DNA from: Chloroflexi bacterium ADurb.Bin325
Lineage (GTDB): Bacteria > Chloroflexota > Anaerolineae > CG2-30-64-16
NCBI GenBank assembly: GCA_002068935.1
Contig: MWBF01000002.1
Location: 1 to 49,601, forward strand
Direction of reading: 5' to 3'
DNA length: 49,601 nucleotides
Of this stretch, positions 1-9,049 are shown piece by piece. The notes beneath the pieces are model-generated. The model saw only the letters and a list, made by a program, of their open reading frames with translations, was not told where the DNA came from and ran no database searches. Position 1 is the first letter of the stretch. Each line of letters starts with the position of its first letter. Made by a program: the position numbers and the translations under genes.

Positions 1-195
1 CTGGCCGCGGCCGGCGCGGGGCTGTTCCCGGACGTGGCCGCCGCGGCCCGCGCCATGGCCCATCTGGAGACCGCCGCGACGCTGCCCGACGCCGGCCGCG
101 CCGCGCGCTACGCGCAGCTCTACGAGGAAGTGTACCGGCCGCTCTACCCGGCGCTGCAAGCGCCGCTCGCCCGCCTGCACGCGCTGACGCGCTGA
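1..195 (+). CDS. FGGY-family carbohydrate kinase, C-terminal fragment (start lies upstream of window)
   Basis: Frame 1 is open from base 1 to TGA at 193-195. The tail ...AGLFPDVAAAARAMAHLE...YAQLYEEVYRPLYPAL resembles the C-terminal segment of xylulokinase-type kinases and parallels the tail of the complete FGGY CDS at 46388-47842. Third codon positions are G/C-rich. Confidence 0.6.
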   Translation: MAAAGAGLFPDVAAAARAMAHLETAATLPDAGRAARYAQLYEEVYRPLYPALQAPLARLHALTR

Positions 196-212
196 CCGGC
201 TATCCAAAAAAT

Positions 213-294
213 CTCACCTCCCCTCGGCTCCCCCTCTCCTGACGGGCGAGCCGGAGGCTCGTCCCACGTCAGGAGAGGGGGCTGGGGGGTGAGG
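213..294. repeat. Family-A GC-rich palindromic (REP-like) element, copy 1
   Basis: Arms CTCACCTCCCCTCGGCTCCCCCTCTCCTGACG / CGTCAGGAGAGGGGGCTGGGGGGTGAG surround an inner palindrome GAGCCGGAGGCTC. It is preceded by CTATCCAAAAAA (200-211). It lies between the FGGY stop and the dehydratase start. Confidence 0.85.
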
Positions 295-357
295 CAAGCC
301 GGAGCCGTTTTCAAACAGATCACAAGCACGACCCTATCAAGCGCATCCGGAGGAAGC

Positions 358-1515
358 ATGAAGATCACCGACATCAAGGCCTACCCGGTCTGGGTGGGCA
401 GCCGCAACCAGCTTATCCTCAAGATCGAGACCGACGCCGGCATCCACGGCTGGGGCGAATCGGGGCTGTCCGGCCGCGAGCTGGCGGTCATGGGCGCGGT
501 CCGCCACTACCGCGAGTTCCTGCTGGGCAGAGACCCCATGCGCATCGGCGCGCTGTGGCAGGAGATGTACCGCAGCCAGTACTTCGAGGGCGGCCGCGTG
601 CTGACCGCAGCCATCGCGGCCATCGACATCGCGCTGCACGACATCGTCGGCAAGGCGCTGGGCGTGCCGGTGTATCAGTTGCTCGGCGGCCGCCAGCGCG
701 ACTTCGTGCCCTGCTTTGCGACGACCGGCGCGGCGATGGGCCCGCAGCTCATCGAGGATACGCAGTTGCTCATCTCGAAGGGCTGGAGCGTCATCCGGAC
801 CGGGCCCGGCCATCCCCGCAGCGACGATCCCCACCTCTGGGAGCCGCGGCAGTCCATCGGCCAGACCGCGACCTGGCTGACGAAGCTGCGCGAGGCCGTG
901 GGGCCGGATCCGGTCCTGGGCATCGACTACCATCACCGGCTGAGCGTGGCCGAGACCGCGTCGTTCTGCCAGCGGATGCCCTCCGGCACGCTCGACTTTT
1001 TGGAGGAGCCGATCCGCGACGAGACGCCGGAGGCCTACGCCGCGCTCCGCCAGATGACGGACGTGCCGTTCGCCATCGGCGAGGAGTTCTCCAGCAAGTG
1101 GGCCTTCCTGCCCTACATCGAGCGCGGGCTGACCCAGTTTGCGCGCATCGACGTGTGCAACGTCGGCGGGCTGACCGAGGCGATGAAGGTCGCGGGCTGG
1201 GCCGAGGCGCACTACATCGACCTGATGCCGCACAACCCGCTCGGCCCCATCTGCACCGCGGCCACGATCCACCTGGCCGCGGCGGTCGCCAACTTCGCCT
1301 GGCTGGAGGTGCGCGTGTCGCCGACCGAGGAGCTCGGCTTCTACGACATGGATCTCTTCCCGGTCCAGCCGCAGCTACAGGGCGACCGCTTCCCCGTGCC
1401 CGATACGCCGGGGCTGGGCGTGGAGGTCGATGAGGCGCTGGCCGCGGCCGGCGAGTTCCGCTTCTGGGAGGCGCCCCACCTGCGCCGCGCCGATGGCTCG
1501 GTGACGAACTGGTGA
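358..1515 (+). CDS. Enolase-superfamily sugar-acid dehydratase (D-galactonate/D-mannonate dehydratase family)
   Basis: ATG at 358 is preceded by GGAGG. N-terminus MKITDIKAYPV...GWGESGLSGRELAV...IDIALHDIVGKALGVPVYQLLGG is typical of the mandelate racemase/muconate lactonizing enzyme family (DgoD/ManD-like). The upstream part of ORF 289-1515 overlaps a palindromic repeat and is not coding-like. Confidence 0.85.
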   Translation: MKITDIKAYPVWVGSRNQLILKIETDAGIHGWGESGLSGRELAVMGAVRHYREFLLGRDPMRIGALWQEMYRSQYFEGGRVLTAAIAAIDIALHDIVGKALGVPVYQLLGGRQRDFVPCFATTGAAMGPQLIEDTQLLISKGWSVIRTGPGHPRSDDPHLWEPRQSIGQTATWLTKLREAVGPDPVLGIDYHHRLSVAETASFCQRMPSGTLDFLEEPIRDETPEAYAALRQMTDVPFAIGEEFSSKWAFLPYIERGLTQFARIDVCNVGGLTEAMKVAGWAEAHYIDLMPHNPLGPICTAATIHLAAAVANFAWLEVRVSPTEELGFYDMDLFPVQPQLQGDRFPVPDTPGLGVEVDEALAAAGEFRFWEAPHLRRADGSVTNW

Positions 1516-1558
1516 CCCGCGCGGGCCGCGCCTGGCCCGAACCATCGGGCCGGGCGCG

Positions 1559-2746
1559 CTAAAGCCCCGATCCCAGCTCGAACATGGGGTCGCCGCGGAG
1601 GCCGCGCGCCTCATGCACGCGGGCGATCAGCCCGATGGCGACCGGCACGGCCAGCGTCAGGAGCCAGAAGGTGGCGCGTATGCCGAGGCCCTGGAAGGCC
1701 GCGCCGACGGCCAGCGAGCTCAGCAGGATCGCCAGCGAGCGGACGCCGCCGAGCATCCCCAGCCCGCGGCCCACGAGATCGCGCGGCAGCATGTCGGTCA
1801 CCAGCGCTTGCAGCAGGGGCTGCCAGGTCGCCATGACGCCCAGCAGCACGGACGCGCCCCAGAAGCCCCAGACGGTCGAAGCGAAGCCCATCGCGGGCAG
1901 CGCGGCCAGGCCGATCGCGCAGCCCAGGATCAGCAGCCGCTTGCGCCCAATCCGATCCGACAGCCTGCCGAGCAGCAGCGGCGCGGGCAGGCTGATGGCG
2001 CCGCCGATTGCCGCGGCCAGCCCGACCGCGGTGGCCGAGAAGCCCAGCTCGCTCATGGCGACCGAGCGGCCAAACCCGCCGCCGTACTCGGAGAGGGAAA
2101 CGAACACCGCAGCAATCAGCAGGCTGTAGTAACCCACGCCCAGGCCGCCCCCCGCCCCCGGCTGTCGGACGGCCGGGCCGGCGGCCGGCCGGGCCAGCGG
2201 CGGCTCGACAAAGAAGAAGGCGAGGCCGCTGCTGATCGCGCAGAGGAGCGCGTCGATCAGCAGCAGCGTGGGGAAGCCCCAGCGGTCCGCGATCTGGCCC
2301 CAGGTCAGGCCGGTGACCACCAGGCTCGACGACGAGACCAGCGTCAGCAGGCCGAAGCTGCCCCCCCGTCGCGCCGCGGCGGAGAGCAGCCCCGTCATGA
2401 TGATGATCATATTCGTGGCCATGCCGAAACAGAAGCCGGCCAGCAGGTTCAGGACGGTGAGCTGCTGCCAGGTGGTCGCCCGGCTCATCAGCGCCCAGGT
2501 CAGGACAAACAGGCCGCAGGCAAAGATGAAGGTCTCGCGGCGGCGGCGGAAACGGTCGGCCAGCCAGCCGGCCAGCAGCGTGCCGATGAGGTTGGCCGGG
2601 CCGCTGACCGCGTTCATGATGCCCACCTCCATGGGCGTCGCGCCGAGCTGGTTCAGATAGACCGGCCAGAGCCCGCCCGTGCCGAAGCCGGTGCAGAGCA
2701 CGAGCAGATAGGCGAGCGACATTGCCACGTGGGGTCGCTTGGACAT
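1559..2746 (-). CDS. MFS transporter
   Basis: 395-aa ORF with about 12 hydrophobic segments and the loop motif GWLADRFRRRR between TM2 and TM3. ATG is preceded by GGAGA. Confidence 0.85.
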   Translation of the reverse strand: MSKRPHVAMSLAYLLVLCTGFGTGGLWPVYLNQLGATPMEVGIMNAVSGPANLIGTLLAGWLADRFRRRRETFIFACGLFVLTWALMSRATTWQQLTVLNLLAGFCFGMATNMIIIMTGLLSAAARRGGSFGLLTLVSSSSLVVTGLTWGQIADRWGFPTLLLIDALLCAISSGLAFFFVEPPLARPAAGPAVRQPGAGGGLGVGYYSLLIAAVFVSLSEYGGGFGRSVAMSELGFSATAVGLAAAIGGAISLPAPLLLGRLSDRIGRKRLLILGCAIGLAALPAMGFASTVWGFWGASVLLGVMATWQPLLQALVTDMLPRDLVGRGLGMLGGVRSLAILLSSLAVGAAFQGLGIRATFWLLTLAVPVAIGLIARVHEARGLRGDPMFELGSGL

Positions 2747-2775
2747 GGCGTCTCCGATGACAGCGAAGGCTGGGT

Positions 2776-4005
2776 TCAGGGCACTCCGACCCTTGTGGCT
2801 GCGACACGCGCCCTCCGGGGCCGCATCGACAGGATGTAGACGCCGGCCAGGACGATGTACACGCCCAGCAGGCAGACGGGGATGACCTCCAGCGAGAGCC
2901 GCCGCGCCAGCACGCCCAGCAGGCTGGGGATGAGCGCCGTGCCAAAGCCGGTCGCGGCCATCTGCATCCCGATCGTGTTGGCGGCGTAACGGTCGCCGAC
3001 GCGCATCCGGGTGCCCGACGTCAGCGCGGGGAAGATGGGCGCGATCGCCAGGCCGATGACCGCCACCGCGACCACGTTTGCCATCTGGGAGGGGTTCCAG
3101 ACGAGCAGCGCCATGCCCAGCAGCGCGCCGGCCAGCCCGCCCAGCACCAGCTTATCGACGCCCATGCGCCGGGCGAACACCCCGGCCACGACGCGGCCGA
3201 TGGTGAAGGTGAACCAGTAGCTGCCCGCAAAGAACCCGGCCAGCGTCTTGTCCACCCCGCGCGATTCGGTCAGCAGCGTGTAGGTCCAGGTGCCCAGCGC
3301 GCCTTCCGCGCCCACGTAGAGGACGAACAGCAGCACGCTGAGCCACACCCACGGCTGGCGCAGGGTCTCGCTCATCGGCGTCTTGTAGTCCGTCAGGCGT
3401 CTTGCGGCCTCGCCGCCCGCCGGCGCGCGATCCTGGTTCCACATCGCCAGGGTCAGCGCAAAGCCGACCGCCAGCGCGAGCTGGAAGACGCCCACCACCC
3501 GGTAGCCGAACCGCCAGGTGTGCAGGCTGGTCAGGCCGAGCGTCATGATGATAGGGCCGATGGTGATGCCGACGCCCCAGGAGGCATGCAGCCACTGCAT
3601 GATCCCATCGCTGAAGTGCGCTGCCACGTAGGTGTTGAGGCCGGCGTCGATGGCGCCCGCACCCAGCCCCGCAAACACGCCCAGTAGCACCATCATCCAC
3701 CATTGCGGGACAAAGGTGTAGCCGAGCAGCGCCAGGCCGGTGAGCAGACAGCTGGCCGCCAGGATGCGCCCCACGCCGACCCGTGCGAGCAGGAAGCCGC
3801 TGAGGAAGCTGGAGGTCATATAGCCGGAGACCGACGCGATCAGCAGCAGGCCGATCGCGTCCAGCGGGATGGCGAAGCCGGCCCGGATGGAGGGCCAGCC
3901 CACGCCCAGCAGCCCGTCGGGCAACCCCAGCGCCACGAAGGCGATGAATGCCAGAAAAACGAGGCCCAGCCTCGGATACGCTCTCACTTTCGTCCACAGA
4001 CTCAT
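2776..4005 (-). CDS. MFS transporter
   Basis: Polytopic hydrophobic ORF 2776-4023. The second ATG (4005, MSLWTK...) is preceded by GAAGGAG at good spacing; the alternative start is 4023. Confidence 0.8.
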   Translation of the reverse strand: MSLWTKVRAYPRLGLVFLAFIAFVALGLPDGLLGVGWPSIRAGFAIPLDAIGLLLIASVSGYMTSSFLSGFLLARVGVGRILAASCLLTGLALLGYTFVPQWWMMVLLGVFAGLGAGAIDAGLNTYVAAHFSDGIMQWLHASWGVGITIGPIIMTLGLTSLHTWRFGYRVVGVFQLALAVGFALTLAMWNQDRAPAGGEAARRLTDYKTPMSETLRQPWVWLSVLLFVLYVGAEGALGTWTYTLLTESRGVDKTLAGFFAGSYWFTFTIGRVVAGVFARRMGVDKLVLGGLAGALLGMALLVWNPSQMANVVAVAVIGLAIAPIFPALTSGTRMRVGDRYAANTIGMQMAATGFGTALIPSLLGVLARRLSLEVIPVCLLGVYIVLAGVYILSMRPRRARVAATRVGVP

Positions 4006-4036
4006 CAGGACTCCTTCAGCCATAAGGGCCGCCCGG

Positions 4037-4110
4037 CCTCACCCCCTCAACCCCCTCTCCTGAGGGCGAGCCTGCGGCTCGCACGTCAGGAGAGAAGGAT
4101 AGGAGTGAGG
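4037..4110. repeat. Family-A palindromic element, copy 2
   Basis: CCTCACCCCCTCAACCCCCTCTCCTGA...GTCAGGAGAGAAGGATAGGAGTGAGG, followed by TTATTCGGATAGGCGCTAAG (4123-4142). The CTA at 4138-4140 within that motif is the stop codon of the MATE gene on the minus strand. Confidence 0.85.
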
Positions 4111-4137
4111 CGCGCCCCAGTGTTATTCGGATAGGCG

Positions 4138-5517
4138 CTAAGCCAGAAGCTCAGGCGCTGGCATCTTCGCCTGATACCCCCGCAACATCAGCAGGGCGGC
4201 GACGCAGAGGATCAGCTCCGATACCGCCTCCGAGGCCCAGATCCCCCTCAGCGAGGAGAGGCTGGCGGCCAGCAGCAGGATCGGCAGCTTGGCGAAGAAG
4301 ATGCTGCCGAGCGACAGCAGCAGCGCCTCTCTGGCCCGGCCGGCGGACTGGAAGTAGGCCGCGACCGCCACGGAGATGTCGCCCAGCGGACAGGCCAGCG
4401 CCATCAGCCTGAGGGCCACCTGCCCCTCGGCGATGATCGCGGCCTCCTTGGAGAGCAACCCGATCAACGTCGCGGGCAGCGCCAGGCAGAGGAGGCCGAC
4501 GAACAGCCCATACGTCACCGACGAGCCGAGGGCCAGGGCGATCGTCCGGCGGACCCGGTCGAACCGCCTCTGGCCGAAGTTATAGCCCAGGATCGGCTGC
4601 ATCCCCTGCACGATGCCGGTCTTGGGCATGTTCAGCGCCGCATAGATCCGGCTGACGATGGCGAACACGCCGAGCGCGGCGTCGCCGCCGATCGCCTTCA
4701 ACAGGTTGTTCGTGACGATGACGACCAGGCTGGCGCTGCTGCTCTTGACGAAGGAGGGGAACCCGATGGTCAGCACCTCGCGCATGAGCGGCCAGTCCGG
4801 CCTGAAGTACGCGGCCCTGATCTGATAGGAGCGCTCCCTGCGAAAGAAGAAGAAATAAACGCTCATGCCGGCCGAGAGGGCCTGCCCGCCGATGACGGTC
4901 GCCAGCGCCGCGCCCGCGGCGCCCATGCGAAGGACCATGACGAACAGCCAGCTCAGCGCGATATTCGCGGCCACCGGGATGATCCACATCGCGGTCGAGA
5001 ACCGGATGCTGCCGTCCGCCCGGACGATCGCGGAGAAGCCCGTGCTGAAGATTGCGCCGAGAAAGATGATCCGGCCGTACTCGATGGCGTAGGGCGCGAC
5101 CCCCTCCGTCGCGCCGAGCAGATAGACGATCGGCTCGATATAGATCGCGCCGCAGACCGTGATCACCAGCGCCGAGACCCAGAAGATCAGGAAGGTGTTG
5201 GCCACCGCCCTGGAGGCCCGCTCGCTGTTGCGCTCGCCGAGCGCGCGCGAGACCACCGATGCGCCGCCGACTCCGACCGTGGTCGAGACGCCGCCCAGCG
5301 CCATCAGCACCGGCGAGATGATCGACGCGCCGGCCGCGGCCCGCGAGTTGATGCCCACGGAGAGGAAATAGGTGTCGGTGACGCTGTAGATGGCGTAGAC
5401 CAGCAGCGCGAGCGTGGTCTGGGAGGACATCTCCAGAAGCAGCTTGCCGATCTTCTCCCTGCCCAGCCGTTCGACCCTGGAGCCGGCCCGCGCTGGATCC
5501 CTTGACGCGCCTGTCAC
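4138..5517 (-). CDS. MATE-family efflux transporter
   Basis: 459 aa with 12 predicted TM segments. The N-terminal pattern GKLLLEMSSQTTLALLVYAIYSVTDTYFLS is typical of MATE/NorM-like proteins. GTG start lies 6 nt after the stop of the upstream gene (operon). Confidence 0.8.
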   Translation of the reverse strand: MTGASRDPARAGSRVERLGREKIGKLLLEMSSQTTLALLVYAIYSVTDTYFLSVGINSRAAAGASIISPVLMALGGVSTTVGVGGASVVSRALGERNSERASRAVANTFLIFWVSALVITVCGAIYIEPIVYLLGATEGVAPYAIEYGRIIFLGAIFSTGFSAIVRADGSIRFSTAMWIIPVAANIALSWLFVMVLRMGAAGAALATVIGGQALSAGMSVYFFFFRRERSYQIRAAYFRPDWPLMREVLTIGFPSFVKSSSASLVVIVTNNLLKAIGGDAALGVFAIVSRIYAALNMPKTGIVQGMQPILGYNFGQRRFDRVRRTIALALGSSVTYGLFVGLLCLALPATLIGLLSKEAAIIAEGQVALRLMALACPLGDISVAVAAYFQSAGRAREALLLSLGSIFFAKLPILLLAASLSSLRGIWASEAVSELILCVAALLMLRGYQAKMPAPELLA

Positions 5518-5523
5518 CGGTGC

Positions 5524-6501
5524 TCAGTTCTCCTGCAGCCACGTCATGGCCGAGGCGACGATCGAGTCCGCCTGGTTGGCGATCTCGTCCGAGCCGTAGT
5601 CGCGATAATAGCACTCCGTCTTCATCACCAGGCCGAGATAGAGCGTGTACAGCGTGCAGCGCCGAAGCTCCTCGTCCGTGAAGGTCGTCTTGCCGTACCC
5701 GCGCATGCTCTCCGACACGCCGCCCCAGGACAGGGCCCGGAACTGCGCCTCCATCAGCGGCTCGGCCCAGAGGACCCGCTCGAAGTCCAGGACGCCGGTG
5801 ATCCGGCCGTCTTTGACGAAGATGTTCAGATCCCAGAGATCCCAGTGCACCATCTGCGGCGTAACGATGGCGTCCAGCGAGGACGCGTGCTTCGCGATCG
5901 CCGCGCGGATGTCGTCGATCGCATAGCCATACGTGGCATTCTTTCGGATGCCATCCTCCAGCGCCGCCTCGCACAGCCTGATAAAGGCCTCCCGCCAGGT
6001 GTCCGCGCGCAGGTCGGGGTTGCCGTCCAGGCCGAAGTATTGGCCCGTGAAGCCGTTGAGCTCCCGGATGATCACGCCGATCTGCCGGTCGATCTGCGCC
6101 TGGGTCTCCTGGGGCAGCGATTCCTTCACATGCCCGTAGTTCTCCCCGTCCAGCTTCGCCATGAAGAAGTATTCCGAGTCGCACAGGTCGAGGGCCGCGT
6201 CATAGGCGTATATTTCGGGCACAGGGATGGCCGGGTTGCTGGCCGCCAGGCGCATGGCCGCGACCTCGGTCGCCATGATGTCCTTCTCATACGCCAGCAC
6301 CTCCACCCCCTTGGGCGGCGCGATCTTGAGGATGACCTCGCGGCCGTCGGCCAGCCGGAGGCAGTAGGCCGCGTTGAACCAGCCATCCTTCAGCTCGCTC
6401 ACCGCATCCTCGCCGTCCGCGAGCGCGCTGCCGCCGAAGGCCCTGGCGGCCATGGCCGCGAGCTGGTCGCGCGTCTTCCGGTTCTTCGTCTTCGACTCCA
6501 T
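5524..6501 (-). CDS. Aminoglycoside-phosphotransferase-fold (APH/choline kinase family) kinase
   Basis: Catalytic-loop-like VHWDLWDLNIFV and GVLDFERV motifs (Brenner HxDxxxxN and DFE). ATG at 6501 is preceded by GGAAGGGGA. The TTG at 6519 given in the ORF track is less likely. Confidence 0.8.
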   Translation of the reverse strand: MESKTKNRKTRDQLAAMAARAFGGSALADGEDAVSELKDGWFNAAYCLRLADGREVILKIAPPKGVEVLAYEKDIMATEVAAMRLAASNPAIPVPEIYAYDAALDLCDSEYFFMAKLDGENYGHVKESLPQETQAQIDRQIGVIIRELNGFTGQYFGLDGNPDLRADTWREAFIRLCEAALEDGIRKNATYGYAIDDIRAAIAKHASSLDAIVTPQMVHWDLWDLNIFVKDGRITGVLDFERVLWAEPLMEAQFRALSWGGVSESMRGYGKTTFTDEELRRCTLYTLYLGLVMKTECYYRDYGSDEIANQADSIVASAMTWLQEN

Positions 6502-6593
6502 GGGTTCCCCTTCCGTCAATGTGGTTGCGTCGGTTCTCCGCGGCCCTATTATACTCCGAATGCCGCAATCTGCCCCTTTACGCAGCAGGCTGT

Positions 6594-6622
6594 TTGACAG
6601 GTCTCAGGCCGTGTGCTATAAG
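6594..6622 (+). promoter_or_regulatory. Sigma-70-like promoter upstream of the ABC importer operon
   Basis: TTGACA (6594-99), 17-nt spacer, TATAAG (6617-22). This implies a ~260-nt leader before the ATG at 6889. Confidence 0.45.
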
Positions 6623-6888
6623 GATTTACGTATGCCCTACAGGCCGTCGTATCCCCAGGACAGGTGCGCCAGTGATCCTCTCGCCCCGGACTGTACAGAC
6701 GATGATAGCTGGCCCGTCTTCCACTCCTGCCTGCGTCACGATCGAAGAAGGGTTGTATTTGTTCTCAGGTGAGCTTCAGCAAAGGAGGTAATGCATCCCG
6801 ACGAGTTACACGAGCTATCGCGTTCGAAACCCCGCCATGTGCCCAGGCACCCAGCGCGCAAGGATGTGCGCAACAAGAGAGGACGAAG

Positions 6889-8901
6889 ATGAACAAGAGA
6901 CAACTGACCCGACGCGATTTTCTGCGCCTGACGACGATAGGCGCCGCGGGGCTTGCGGCCGCGTGCGTGGCGCCCACCTCCGCGCCCGAACAAGCCGCGC
7001 CGGCGGGCGCGGCCGCGCCGGCAGCCGCCCCCGAAGCCGTCACGATGATGGGCTTCCCCCGCAGCGAGACCGTGTTCGCCCAGCAGTTGACCGGGCGCAA
7101 TGCCACCCCCAGCAACTTCAACTATTGGGCCGGCTGGCGCCAACAGGACCGCGGCATGCAGCAAATCATGAACGAGCCGCTGTGGGTCGATGATTTCGAA
7201 CGCGGCGAGATCATCAACGCGCTGGCCACGAGCATGCCGGAAATCAGCGACGACTTCAAGACCATGACGATCAAGATCCGCGACGGCGTGCTGTGGAGCG
7301 ACGGCACGGAGCTGACCGCGGAGGATCTGGCGTTCACCGTCGAGTTCATCAAGGCGACCCCGGCCGCGTCGTACAACGCCAGCGTCGCGCGCCAGGTGGA
7401 GAGCGCCGTCGCGACGGACAAGACCACGGTCGTCATCACGCTGAAGGAGCCCAACCCCCGGTTCCACTACGAAAACTTCTGCGACCTGTGGGGCAGCCTG
7501 TGGGTCATGCCCAAGCACATCTTCGGGCAGTTCATGAGCGACGACGGCACGGTCGATACCGAGGCCTTCTTCGCCTTCGAGTACAACCCGCCGCTCAGCT
7601 CCGGCCCGTACAAGCTGCACAGCTTCGACCCCGCCGGCAACTGGACCGCCTGGGAGAAGCGCGAGGACTGGACCAAGACCCCCACCGGCATGATCTTCGG
7701 CGAGCCCAAGCCGAAGTACGTCGTGTTCGTGGACTACGGCGACTTCACAGCGCGCGTCATCGCCATGACCCGCCACGAGGTCGACATGGTGGACCTGGAT
7801 CTGCCGGCCATCCGCGCGGCCATCAAGGCCGACGAATCGGCCCGCGGCTACTTCGCCAACCAGGAGTTCCCCTACATCCAGTCCAACCGGCACCCCGGCG
7901 TCGGCGGCGTAATCTTCAACACGCTCAAGCCGCCGTTCGACAACCCGGATGTCCGCTGGGCGCTCCAGCTCGCCATCGACCCGGTGTCCTACCAGACGAC
8001 CGCGTACGACGGTGCAGCCGCGTTGAACCCCCTGCCCATCGTGGTCAACGGCCCGCAGATGAAGGAGCCCTACATCGAGCCGCTGGTCAAATGGCTGGAG
8101 GAGGAGTTCACCCTCGACCTGGGCAACGGCGAGACGCTCAAGGTGTGGGACCCGACCGCGCCGACCCGCCTGGTCGAAGAGGCGCGCGCCCGCGGGTTCG
8201 AGTTCCCCGACGATCCCGAGCTCATCAAGACCTCCTTCGGCTGGGGCGCGTTCAAGTATGACCCGGACGCGGCGGCCAAGCTGCTCAAGAAGGCTGGCTT
8301 CACCCAGGACGGGGACGGGAAGTGGCTGCTGCCCGACGGCACGCCGTGGACCTTCACCATCTATACCGACACCCTCCCCGGCCGCTGGGCATATCAGAAC
8401 GCGCAGGCCGCGTTCGTCGAGTGGAAGCGGTTCGGGATCGACGTGCGGTTTGAGGTCGGCGACGCCGGCCAACTGCGCATCGCCATGGGCCAGTACGATG
8501 TCGCCGGCGCCCAGACGCACGGCAGCAACTACCTGGAGAACCCCGACCTGTTCCGCACGTTCACGGCCTTCCACAGCGAGTACCTGGAGCGAGACCTGTC
8601 GAAGCGGCAGTTCGGCCATGCCTCGCGCTGGTCTGACGCGCGCGTCGATGAGATCCTGGACACGATCCAGGGCACCAACCCGAACGACACGGCCACACTC
8701 CAGCCGATCGGCCTGGAGCTCCTGCAGATCTTCATCAAGAATCTGCCGACCATCTCGGCCACCACCTCGCTGGACCCCTACGCCGTTTCGAGCTACTACT
8801 GGACCGGCTGGCCCAGCGCCGAGAACCACTTCATCGTGCCGTACCATCACTATCCGAACTTCAAGTACCTGCTGACCTTCCTGGAGCCGACCGGGAAGTG
8901 A
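6889..8901 (+). CDS. ABC transporter substrate-binding protein, family 5 (peptide/oligosaccharide type), Tat signal and probable lipobox
   Basis: MNKRQLTRRDFLRLTTIGAAGLAAAC is a twin-arginine signal with a Cys lipobox. The long mature domain has a DppA/OppA-like fold pattern. The 120 nt upstream in the same frame (ORF 6769) have low third-position GC. Confidence 0.9.
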   Translation: MNKRQLTRRDFLRLTTIGAAGLAAACVAPTSAPEQAAPAGAAAPAAAPEAVTMMGFPRSETVFAQQLTGRNATPSNFNYWAGWRQQDRGMQQIMNEPLWVDDFERGEIINALATSMPEISDDFKTMTIKIRDGVLWSDGTELTAEDLAFTVEFIKATPAASYNASVARQVESAVATDKTTVVITLKEPNPRFHYENFCDLWGSLWVMPKHIFGQFMSDDGTVDTEAFFAFEYNPPLSSGPYKLHSFDPAGNWTAWEKREDWTKTPTGMIFGEPKPKYVVFVDYGDFTARVIAMTRHEVDMVDLDLPAIRAAIKADESARGYFANQEFPYIQSNRHPGVGGVIFNTLKPPFDNPDVRWALQLAIDPVSYQTTAYDGAAALNPLPIVVNGPQMKEPYIEPLVKWLEEEFTLDLGNGETLKVWDPTAPTRLVEEARARGFEFPDDPELIKTSFGWGAFKYDPDAAAKLLKKAGFTQDGDGKWLLPDGTPWTFTIYTDTLPGRWAYQNAQAAFVEWKRFGIDVRFEVGDAGQLRIAMGQYDVAGAQTHGSNYLENPDLFRTFTAFHSEYLERDLSKRQFGHASRWSDARVDEILDTIQGTNPNDTATLQPIGLELLQIFIKNLPTISATTSLDPYAVSSYYWTGWPSAENHFIVPYHHYPNFKYLLTFLEPTGK

Positions 8902-9049
8902 TGCACCCTGATTCCGGCCCGCGCGCAGCCGCGCCGGCCGCCCGTGGGCCGGAATCACGCTCTGCTCCGATGCCGGCCGGCGCGCAGGCGACATCCCACG
9001 CGCCGTGGCCCAGCGCCCGCTGCGCCGGCCGGCCATACAGGGAGGAAAG

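Noticed and set aside
144-377. Small ORFs spanning the palindromic elements (144-377(-), 32428-32877(+), 45028-45345(+), 28657-29094(-)) that encode GEGE/GVR/PLS-like peptides.
   Set aside because: The frames are created by the GC-rich inverted repeats themselves. They are readable on both strands, lack SD sequences and overlap true gene ends.
6791-6892. 33-codon upstream ORF (MHPDELHELSRSKPRHVPRHPARKDVRNKRGRR) whose TGA overlaps the SBP start codon (ATGA). It is preceded by AAAGGAGG.
   Set aside because: The SD-to-ATG spacing is only 2 nt, third-position GC is mediocre for this genome, and there is no recognisable leader-peptide logic. It is kept only as a possibility under the long-leader finding.
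6736-9036. 766-aa ORF on the minus strand, antisense to the substrate-binding protein gene. Similar long shadow ORFs are at 337-1272(-), 26230-28365(-), 29568-32657(-), 43486-45456(-), 46307-47758(-), 17971-19722(+) and 36769-38376(+).
   Set aside because: They fully overlap CDSs that have clear family motifs. Their translations are low-complexity Arg/Ala/Gly/Pro/Asp-rich strings without motifs. Long stop-free antisense frames are expected in very GC-rich DNA.
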